Source: Thermoplasmata archaeon
Lineage (GTDB): Archaea > Thermoplasmatota > Thermoplasmata > Lutacidiplasmatales > UBA184
Direction of reading: 5' to 3'
DNA length: 64,000 nucleotides
Assembly (NCBI GenBank): GCA_022749995.1
Contig: JAKIWO010000001.1
Location: 154,330-218,329 of the forward strand
A program made the translations under genes and the position numbers. Shown here in pieces: positions 1-7,402 of the stretch. Position 1 is the stretch's first letter. Every line of letters starts with the position of its first letter. The notes under the pieces are model-generated. The model did not search any database. It worked only from the letters and a program-made list of their open reading frames with translations, and was not told the origin of the DNA.

Positions 1-821
1 CGCAAGGGCTCGCGCTCCTGCGCAAAGGACGGTCGGCGAGCGAGGTGGTCAAGCAGCTGACCGAGGCCGACCCCCAGCGGGACCACCGGCAGCTCGGGGT
101 CGTCGACCGGAAGGGGGAGAGCGCGTCCTTCACGGGCGCGAGCTGCGTCAACTGGGCCGGCCACGTCGTGGGCCACCGGTTCGCCTGTCAGGGAAACATC
201 CTGTTCGGTCCGGCGGTCGCCGAGTCGATGGCCCGCAGCTTCGAGCGCACGCCCGGGGACCTGCCCGAGCGGCTGCTGGCCGCCCTCTCCGCCGGCCAGC
301 GCGAAGGCGGGGACCGGCGCGGCATGCAGTCGGCCGCGCTCCTCGTCGTGCGGGCCCAGGGGGGCTACGACCAGGGGAGCGACCGGTGGGTGGACATCCG
401 CGTCGACGAGCACCCGTCGCCCATCGAAGAGCTCGCGCGCGTCTTCCGCATCTACGACCTCACCCTGCTCGAGCGGGAGGACATTGCCACCCGAGAGCCG
501 ATCGCCGGCGAGATGGCGCTGCGCGTGCAGCGCGCGCTCGGCGTGCTCGGCTACTACATCGGCCCGATGGGCGGCAGCTGGGATGCGAAGTCCAAGGCCG
601 CCTACCTCCGGTTCATCGAGGAGAACAACTTCGAGAACAAGGCCAAGGACGCCGGAGCGATCTGGCCGAGCGTTCTCGGCTACCTGGAGGAGCGTGCGCA
701 GGCCGAGCTCACCCGTCGGCAGGGCACGGCCCCGGTCCAGTCCGGCGCCCTCGACCGGGGGCCGGGCGCGGCCACCGGTCCGGCGCCGGTCTCCGGTCGC
801 GGCAGCAAGGGTAAGCACTGA
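1..821 (+). CDS. DUF1028-family (Ntn-hydrolase-like) protein with C-terminal peptidoglycan-binding-like tail; 5-prime end outside window
   Basis: The frame stays open to the window start. It contains QSAALLVVRA and VDIRVDEHPSPIEEL segments. The tail ALRVQRALGVLGYYIGPMGGSWDAKSKAAYLRFIEENNFE is typical of DUF1028 proteins (from memory). Confidence 0.6.
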   Translation, partial: QGLALLRKGRSASEVVKQLTEADPQRDHRQLGVVDRKGESASFTGASCVNWAGHVVGHRFACQGNILFGPAVAESMARSFERTPGDLPERLLAALSAGQREGGDRRGMQSAALLVVRAQGGYDQGSDRWVDIRVDEHPSPIEELARVFRIYDLTLLEREDIATREPIAGEMALRVQRALGVLGYYIGPMGGSWDAKSKAAYLRFIEENNFENKAKDAGAIWPSVLGYLEERAQAELTRRQGTAPVQSGALDRGPGAATGPAPVSGRGSKGKH

Positions 822-840
822 CCATCCGCTCGGCGGCGCG

Positions 841-1158
841 ATGGGCGGCTCCACAACTTCGGCGCACCCCCCGCGCAGGGTCGAGGCGCGGCTCGAGCGG
901 ACCTACTCCACCGCGCGCGAGGCCGAAGAGCTCCGCCTCGCGCTCGAGGCGGACCGGCCCGAGCACCTCGCGACCGAGCGCTCCGGTCCCACCCTGACCT
1001 TCACCGTCCGGGCCGCGAGCGCTACGAGCGTGCGCGCGACCCTGGACGACCTGCTCGCGGCACTCGCCGTCGCCGAGCGGACCCGCGGGATTGGCTCGAG
1101 CGCCGTACGGGCGGTGGCGGGACGGACACAGGAGGACCGGGCGGGGCCGGTCCACTGA
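841..1158 (+). CDS. Pcc1-like KEOPS subunit (putative)
   Basis: ATG at 841 is in frame with track ORF 484..1158. The ~105 aa pattern ARLERTYSTAREAEELRLALEAD...TLTFTVRAASATSVRATLDDLLAALAV resembles the Pcc1 consensus. Confidence 0.45.
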   Translation: MGGSTTSAHPPRRVEARLERTYSTAREAEELRLALEADRPEHLATERSGPTLTFTVRAASATSVRATLDDLLAALAVAERTRGIGSSAVRAVAGRTQEDRAGPVH

Positions 1159-1178
1159 GCCCCGGAGCCCCCGGTCCC

Positions 1179-2075
1179 ATGTACTCGGATGCTCCCTCCG
1201 CCACGCTCCCTGGAACCGCCTCCTCCCCTCCCGCGCCGACGGCCGTCGCCGGTGGTGCCTCCTTGGGAGCGTACGCGCTGGCCACCGTGATCACGGTCTT
1301 CGCCGTGATCAGCCAGTACTTCCTGCCCTCGTGGCTGCCCGGCACGCGGTGGGTGTACGGCAACCTTCCGGGCGACCTTGCCATCGTCTACGGGGTGCCG
1401 ATACTCTCCTTCCTGCTGCTCGTGGGGACCGCGCCGCTCCGCCACTGGCAGGAGCGGATGGGACACGCGAGCGTCGAGGGGCTGCGTTGGTTCGGCCTCT
1501 ACTCGCTGCTCGCGCTGTTGCTGTCGTTCATCGCCCTCATCCTCTACCAGGCGCTCGACCCTGCGGCGGTCCGCCAGCTCTCCCGGAGCGTGCCGGTGGT
1601 GCAGGGAGCCGCCGGGAACCCGTGGTTCTGGATCGCCCTCTCCTTCGCGGTCGGTGCGATCGAGGAGACGATCTTTCGGGGCTGGATCTTTGGCTACTGG
1701 CTCAGCCGGTTCCCGGGCCAGTGGCAGCGCGCGGCGATCGGTTCGAGTCTGCTCTTCGCCGGAGTCCACCTGTACTACTGGGGTACGTACGGCGTGATCG
1801 CGCCGGTGCCGCTCATCACGCTCACGATGCTCGGGCTCGCGTTCTCCTGGGCCATGGCGCTCTCGGGCGGGAACCTCGTGATCGTGGCGTTGCTCCACGG
1901 AGCGTTCGATGCGACCTCCTTCTACTCCCTGGTGAACCTCGACGTGGCGCTCGCGCTCCACTACGGGCTGGTGCTCCTCGGGCTCGGGGTCGCGGCGGCG
2001 GTCGCGATCCGGCAGCGGACCCGGCCACGGGCTCCTCGCTACGCGCCCGTGCCCTTGCCACCTCCCGGATTCTAG
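1179..2075 (+). CDS. CPBP-family (CAAX/Abi) intramembrane metalloprotease
   Basis: Multi-TM protein with EETIFRGW, FAGVHL and HGAFD motifs. Confidence 0.75.
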   Translation: MYSDAPSATLPGTASSPPAPTAVAGGASLGAYALATVITVFAVISQYFLPSWLPGTRWVYGNLPGDLAIVYGVPILSFLLLVGTAPLRHWQERMGHASVEGLRWFGLYSLLALLLSFIALILYQALDPAAVRQLSRSVPVVQGAAGNPWFWIALSFAVGAIEETIFRGWIFGYWLSRFPGQWQRAAIGSSLLFAGVHLYYWGTYGVIAPVPLITLTMLGLAFSWAMALSGGNLVIVALLHGAFDATSFYSLVNLDVALALHYGLVLLGLGVAAAVAIRQRTRPRAPRYAPVPLPPPGF

Positions 2076-2152
2076 GGCACGGCGGGAGGCCCGCCGGCTC
2101 CCCGGAGGGGTCGCCGGTGAACAGTTATGGCCGGGTGTCCCTTGGCCCGCAC

Positions 2153-2593
2153 ATGAGCGACGCACCCTCGGACCAAGCGCTGCGGGAGCTGCTCGAGCGG
2201 ACACGTACGATCGCCGTGGTCGGACTCTCCGACAAGGCGGACCGGGAGTCGAACCGAGTGGCCCGGTACATGCAGGAACACGGCTACCGAGTGGTCCCGG
2301 TAAACCCGATGATCACCGAGGCGCTGGGCGAGAAGGCGTACCCCTCCCTCGGCGATATTCCCCCCGAGCTGCGGATCGACCTCGTCGACATCTTCCGCCG
2401 CCCGGAGGATGTACCCCCCGTGGTGGAGGCCGCGATCGCCCGCCAGGTGGGCACAGTCTGGATGCAACTGGGGATCGCGCATCCCGCGGCCGCGGCGAGC
2501 GCGCGGGCCGCCGGGATGACGGTGCTCGAGGATCGGTGCATCATGCTGACCCACAAGCGACTTCGGATCCCGGACCGACCCGCGAGCCGTTAA
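2153..2593 (+). CDS. CoA-binding domain protein (YccU/YneT-like)
   Basis: ATG at 2153 in frame with track ORF 1091..2593. IAVVGLSDKADRESNRVARYMQEHGYRVVPVNP is a typical CoA_binding_2 N-terminus. Confidence 0.75.
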   Translation: MSDAPSDQALRELLERTRTIAVVGLSDKADRESNRVARYMQEHGYRVVPVNPMITEALGEKAYPSLGDIPPELRIDLVDIFRRPEDVPPVVEAAIARQVGTVWMQLGIAHPAAAASARAAGMTVLEDRCIMLTHKRLRIPDRPASR

Positions 2594-2617
2594 GCCCCGG
2601 CCTCGCTGCCCCGCCGA

Positions 2618-3442
2618 ATGTCCGCGCCCGAGGCGGCCGCTCCGGCCGCGCTGCCTCACTCACGGCCGGCTCCTCCCCGTCCGGCTGCGCCTGCCCCGGC
2701 CGCCCCCGCACCCGAGCCGCCGCTGGCGGGGGAGGTGAGCGAGCACGGGTCGAGCCAACGGGCCTCGGTGCGCCTGCTCACCTGGCGAGTCCTCGGCGCG
2801 GCCAAGGTGCTCGGCAAGGTCGAGGTGGGCTCGCTGGATGTGAACGGGCTGCTCTCCATCGGGGGCGATTTGATCGGGGGCGACGCGCGTGTGCGCGGCT
2901 CGTTCAGTACCGTAGGGCAAACCCGGCTGACGGGCCGCTTGTCCGTGACCGGCCAGGCCCGATGCGCCGCCTCGATCGAGGCGGGGGAGGCTGAGTTCGA
3001 GGGCCGCGCGGAACTCTCCGCATCGTTGAAGGTCCACGGCCCGCTGGAGATCCGCGGGCAACTCTCCGTGGCCGGTGCACTCGACGCGCAGCTGCTCCGA
3101 TTCAATGGCGCCCTCGCGGTAACCGGCGCCGTCCGCGCTCGAGAGGTGGACGGCACGCTCGAGGGCGTGACGCACCTGGCGTCGCTCACGGCCGACCGGG
3201 TGCAACTGCGCCGCCCGTCGTTCCCCCCGTGGAAGCGCGGCGGGAGTTTCCGCGCCGAGCGGATCGATGCGAAGGAAGTACGGCTCGAGGCCGCCCACGT
3301 CGAGTACCTTTGCGCGCAGGAGATCCGCCTGGGACCGGACTGCCACGTGAGCCGTGCGGAGGGCACCATCGTCGAGCGCCACCGGAGCTCGGTCGTCGGA
3401 TACGAGTCCTCGAGCCCGCCGCCTCCCGGCCACTTCCGCTAG
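2618..3442 (+). CDS. Bactofilin-like / polymer-forming beta-helix protein with Pro/Ala-rich N-terminus
   Basis: Repetitive G-x-hydrophobic beta-helix pattern (VLGKVEVGSLDVNGLLSIGGDLIGGDARVRGSF...LSVTGQA...LEIRGQLSVAGAL...) resembling the CcmA/bactofilin family. Confidence 0.45.
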   Translation: MSAPEAAAPAALPHSRPAPPRPAAPAPAAPAPEPPLAGEVSEHGSSQRASVRLLTWRVLGAAKVLGKVEVGSLDVNGLLSIGGDLIGGDARVRGSFSTVGQTRLTGRLSVTGQARCAASIEAGEAEFEGRAELSASLKVHGPLEIRGQLSVAGALDAQLLRFNGALAVTGAVRAREVDGTLEGVTHLASLTADRVQLRRPSFPPWKRGGSFRAERIDAKEVRLEAAHVEYLCAQEIRLGPDCHVSRAEGTIVERHRSSVVGYESSSPPPPGHFR

Positions 3443-3516
3443 CGAGGCTCGGCACCGCCCCAGGCGCCGCGCGCGCGCCGGCACCCATATAACCCACACC
3501 ACCGCTCGCGCGCCCG

Positions 3517-6480
3517 ATGGCCGAGGAGGCGGTCCCGACGGGGGAAGGCAGCCAGCCCCGGCTGGAGGCGCAAGTCCGCGCCTACTGGGAGCGGGAGGGC
3601 ATTCCGGCCCGGCTCGCCGCCGGGACCTCTACCGGTCCAGTGTTCCGCTTCACGGAGGGACCCCCGACCGCCAACGGAGTTCCGCACCTCGGGCACCTGG
3701 TGGCCCGCACGCTCAAGGACGTAGAGCTGCGGTATCGCCGGATGCGAGGGTACGCGATCGTGAGCCCGATGGCCGGCTGGGATTGCCACGGGCTTCCGGT
3801 CGAGCTCGAAGTGGAGAAGCGGCTCGGCCTCAAGTCGAAGGCCGAGATCGAGAGCTACGGGGTCGCGAAGTTCTGCGAAGCCTGCCGCACCGGCGCGCTC
3901 GAGGTTGCCCGGGAGTGGGAGGCGATGAGCGGCGAGCTCGGGTACTGGCTGGACTACGCGCACCCGTACTACACCATGGCGCCCGAATACATCGAGAGCG
4001 TCTGGTGGTCGCTGCGCCAGCTGTTCGACCGAGGCCTGCTCACCCCCGGCTACTACAGCCTGCCGTATTGTCCGCGGTGCGAGACCCCTCTGAGCTCCCA
4101 CGAAGTGGCCCAGGGGTACCGCGAGACGACCGACCCGTCGGTCACCGTCCGGTTTCCGCTCACCTCCGCCCCCGGCGCTCCCCGCCGCGTCCTGCTCGCG
4201 TGGACCACCACGCCGTGGACGCTGCCGGCGAACCTGCTCGTCGCTGCCCACGGGCGGCTCCCGTACGTGGGGGTACTCGAAGAGGACGGCACCGAGCTCC
4301 TCCTTGCCGAGGCCGCCCTGCCTCGCTACTTCCCCCACGGGCCAACACCGGTCCACCGCTACACTGCCCAGGAATTGGACGGGCTCACCTACGAGCCGCC
4401 GTTCGAGTTTGCCGGGCCCGGCCCCCGCCGCTACCGGGTCGTCCTCGACGACTCGGTGGAGGCGAAAGAGGGAACGGGATTCGTCCACATCGCCCCGAGC
4501 TTCGGTCCGGAGGATTACCGGATAGGGCAGAGGGAGGGGGTGGGGATGTTCGACCCGCTCGATGGACGGGGACGATTCACGCACGAGGTACCCGCGGTGG
4601 AGGGACGCTCGTTCAAGGCCGCCGACGCCGTGTTGCTCGAACTCCTCGCCGCGAACCACCGGGTGTACCTCTCCGAGACGGTCCGCCACACCTACCCGTT
4701 CTGCTGGCGCTGCCAGACACCGCTCATCTACCGGGCCCTCGACGCCTGGTTCGTCCGGACCTCGACGGCGACGGCGCGACTGCTCGCCCACAACGCCGTC
4801 GTCGACTGGCAGCCCTCGCACCTGCGCGACGGCCGGTTCGGCAACTTCCTCACCGAGGCCAAGGACTGGGCCCTCTCGCGCAACCGGTACTGGGGCACAC
4901 CCCTCCCGATCTGGAAGTGCCCGGCCGGGCACACCGTGTGCCTCGGGAGCTTCGCTGAGCTCGCCGAACGGAGCGGTGCGCCACTCCCCGTGGGATTCGA
5001 CCCCCACCGCGTGGGCGTGGACCCGATCCGGTTCCCCTGCCCGACCTGCCGCGAGGAGATGCGGCGGGAGCCGTACACCATCGACGGATGGTACGACAGC
5101 GGCGCAGCGCCGTTCGCGCAGTACCACTACCCGTTCGAGCCCGGACCGTTCGAGCCGGCGGCCCCGCTGGACTTCATCGCCGAGGGCCTCGACCAGACCC
5201 GCGGCTGGTTCTACTCGCTCCTCGTGATCTCGACGCTCCTGTTCGACCGCCCGGCCTACCGCGCGAGCCTGACCAACGGGCTGGTGCTCGACGAGCGGGG
5301 CCTCAAGATGTCGAAGTCCCGAGGCAACGTGCTCGAGCCCCGCTCGCTGCTCCAGCGGCTCGGCGCCGACTCGCTGCGGTGGTCGATTCTCCTGCACGAC
5401 TACACCGAGCCGATCCGGCTCGGCGAGGCGCGCGTGCGATCCGACGCGCAGCGCGGGATCGCCACGCTGCTCAACGTGCTCTCGTTCTACCGGGAGAACG
5501 CCGCCGCGGACCGCTTGCGACCGCCGAAGGGCCCACCGGCTCACGGCACGTTGCTCGACCGGTGGCTCGGCTCGCGCCTCGCCGACACCGGCCGCCGGGT
5601 AGGAGCCGGATTGGAGCGGCTCGACGATCGCGAGGCCGCGCTGGCCCTCCAGGAGCTGATCGGGGACCTCTCCACGTGGTACCTGCGGCGTTCCCGACCC
5701 CGATTCTGGTCGGAGGTGGACCCGGCCGACCGGCAGGCCGCGCACGAGAACCTCGCGTACGCACTGCGGCAGATCGCCCTCCTGATCGCCCCGCTCGCTC
5801 CGTTCACGGCCGAGGCAGTGTACCAGGAGGTGACCGGCGGGCGATTCGGCGATGGGTCCCCCTCGGTACACGGGGAGCCGTACCCGACGGAGCTCCTCGG
5901 GCACGACCCCGGGCTGGATCGGGCCATGGTTTCGCTGCGTGGCTGGGTCGAGGTGGGCCGGGAAATGCGCGAGCGAGCCGGGGTCAAGTCCCGCATGCCG
6001 TTGCCGGTCTGGGTCATCGAGCTCCCTTCGGAGGACCCGCTCCGCGCGCTCGGGGAAGAGGGGGAGGAGTTGCTCCGCGAGGAGCTCAACGTCCGGGAGC
6101 TGCGGTACGACCTGCCGGGCTCGGGGCCCGCGACCGCCGAAGCAGAGTGGGTCGTCCGGAGCCTACCCGGCGGGCTCACCTCCCGACTCTCCCGCACCCC
6201 CACGCCGGAGCTGCGTCGGGAGGGGTTGCTTCGGGAGGCGCTGCGTCGGCTGCAGAGCGCCCGGAAGGAGGCCCGGTTGAGGTACACGGACCGCATCCAC
6301 CTTCGGGTCTGGGCCGATGCGGGGCTGTTCGCCGTGCTCGAACCGGAGCGAGCGAGGTTGAGCGAGGAGTTGCTCGCCGACCAGCTCGAGCTGCGCGAGG
6401 GCGCTCCGCCCGAAGGGGCGCCAGGCTTGCGCTGGTCGATCGAAGGCATGGCCCTCGCGGCCCAGCTCGAGCCGGTCTAG
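3517..6480 (+). CDS. ileS: Isoleucine--tRNA ligase
   Basis: HLGH and KMSKS class I motifs, GWDCHGLPVE, FCWRCQTPLIYRA; 987 aa. Confidence 0.9.
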   Translation: MAEEAVPTGEGSQPRLEAQVRAYWEREGIPARLAAGTSTGPVFRFTEGPPTANGVPHLGHLVARTLKDVELRYRRMRGYAIVSPMAGWDCHGLPVELEVEKRLGLKSKAEIESYGVAKFCEACRTGALEVAREWEAMSGELGYWLDYAHPYYTMAPEYIESVWWSLRQLFDRGLLTPGYYSLPYCPRCETPLSSHEVAQGYRETTDPSVTVRFPLTSAPGAPRRVLLAWTTTPWTLPANLLVAAHGRLPYVGVLEEDGTELLLAEAALPRYFPHGPTPVHRYTAQELDGLTYEPPFEFAGPGPRRYRVVLDDSVEAKEGTGFVHIAPSFGPEDYRIGQREGVGMFDPLDGRGRFTHEVPAVEGRSFKAADAVLLELLAANHRVYLSETVRHTYPFCWRCQTPLIYRALDAWFVRTSTATARLLAHNAVVDWQPSHLRDGRFGNFLTEAKDWALSRNRYWGTPLPIWKCPAGHTVCLGSFAELAERSGAPLPVGFDPHRVGVDPIRFPCPTCREEMRREPYTIDGWYDSGAAPFAQYHYPFEPGPFEPAAPLDFIAEGLDQTRGWFYSLLVISTLLFDRPAYRASLTNGLVLDERGLKMSKSRGNVLEPRSLLQRLGADSLRWSILLHDYTEPIRLGEARVRSDAQRGIATLLNVLSFYRENAAADRLRPPKGPPAHGTLLDRWLGSRLADTGRRVGAGLERLDDREAALALQELIGDLSTWYLRRSRPRFWSEVDPADRQAAHENLAYALRQIALLIAPLAPFTAEAVYQEVTGGRFGDGSPSVHGEPYPTELLGHDPGLDRAMVSLRGWVEVGREMRERAGVKSRMPLPVWVIELPSEDPLRALGEEGEELLREELNVRELRYDLPGSGPATAEAEWVVRSLPGGLTSRLSRTPTPELRREGLLREALRRLQSARKEARLRYTDRIHLRVWADAGLFAVLEPERARLSEELLADQLELREGAPPEGAPGLRWSIEGMALAAQLEPV

Positions 6481-7121
6481 CCGAGGACCCGCCGGACCGG
6501 CCCGCCCGGGCGCTCCTCCGCGAAGACCGCGGACTGGAATCGGTAGATCGTGGCCTCCGGACTTCGCCATCGGTCGGTGCGGAGCCCTGCCTTGGTGCAA
6601 GTGGCCTCGAGGAACTCGCGGGCTCCCCAGCGCTGCTCCACGGCCACCTGGGGCAGGAGCAGCCCGCTCGTGCCGTCCGCCTCCACGATGAGCCCATCGA
6701 CTCCCACCCGAACTTCCTTCAACCGGTCCTCGGGGGTGCGACCGCCGAGGCGCTCTGGCGCGCTGAGGAGCGAGACTTCGATCGTCAGCTCCGGGAGTTC
6801 GCCGGCTCCCACGGGCGGAAACCGGGGATCCTCGGTGGCCGCCGCGAGGGCTGCGTCTCCCAGGCCGACCCGCACTGGCAGCGCGGCGCGCGGGAAGCCG
6901 ACGCAGCCGCGCAGCTCGCCGTCCTCCGCGGTCCGGAGCGTGACGAACACACCGCCGCGTGATTCGAAAGACGCCGGCAGAGCCTCGGGTGCCGGGGAAT
7001 CGGCGGCCCCCGGGCGGGGGGCCAGTGCGCTCTCGAGCCGCTGCCGCACGTGACGGACCGCCGCGGCGCCCTCGGCATCGGAGGCGCCGGAACCGAGTCC
7101 GCTCGAGGAGCGGTTCGTCAT
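6477..7121 (-). CDS. AMMECR1-domain protein
   Basis: LRGCVGFPRA core motif; ~214 aa. Its end overlaps the ileS end convergently by 4 nt. Confidence 0.8.
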   Translation of the reverse strand: MTNRSSSGLGSGASDAEGAAAVRHVRQRLESALAPRPGAADSPAPEALPASFESRGGVFVTLRTAEDGELRGCVGFPRAALPVRVGLGDAALAAATEDPRFPPVGAGELPELTIEVSLLSAPERLGGRTPEDRLKEVRVGVDGLIVEADGTSGLLLPQVAVEQRWGAREFLEATCTKAGLRTDRWRSPEATIYRFQSAVFAEERPGGPVRRVLG

Positions 7122-7143
7122 CGCTGCGGCCGATGGCGTAGCG

Positions 7144-7151
7144 CTTTTATC
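7144..7151 (+). promoter_or_regulatory. TATA-like box upstream of rpl40e (probably leaderless mRNA)
   Basis: cttttatc is centred about 30 nt upstream of the ATG at 7178 in otherwise G+C-rich DNA. Confidence 0.35.
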
Positions 7152-7177
7152 CTGCTCCCTGGCTGGCGCGCGGCCGC

Positions 7178-7330
7178 ATGCCGTTTCCCGAGGCGACGAA
7201 CCGCCTGCTGATCAAGAAGATCTGCATGAACTGCTCCGCGCGCAACCCGCCGCGGGCGGTCCAGTGCCGGAAGTGCGGCTACCACGGTCTTCGGGTCAAA
7301 TCCAAGGAACGATCGGGTAAAACCCAGTAG
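7178..7330 (+). CDS. rpl40e: 50S ribosomal protein L40e
   Basis: Hand translation gives [50 protein letters not shown], 50 aa with a C4 zinc ribbon. It is below the ORF-track length cut-off. Confidence 0.85.
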   Translation: MPFPEATNRLLIKKICMNCSARNPPRAVQCRKCGYHGLRVKSKERSGKTQ

Positions 7331-7402
7331 CCCGACCCCCCTCGGGGGCATCGGCGGGCTTTATGTCCTCGCCGCACGCCTTTTCATTGCGCGAGGCGTT
7401 TT

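Noticed and set aside
903-2204. 433-aa minus-strand ORF
   Set aside because: It is antisense to the Pcc1-like and CPBP protease genes. Its Arg/Glu/Pro low-complexity sequence is not protein-like.
3439-5904. 821-aa minus-strand ORF
   Set aside because: It is entirely antisense to ileS, which has unambiguous class I synthetase motifs. The product is Arg/Gly/Pro/Glu-rich with no motifs, a typical high-G+C shadow ORF.
5088-6962. 624-aa plus-strand ORF
   Set aside because: It is an alternative frame of ileS running into the antisense of AMMECR1. It has extreme Arg/Pro/Ala composition and no recognisable domains.
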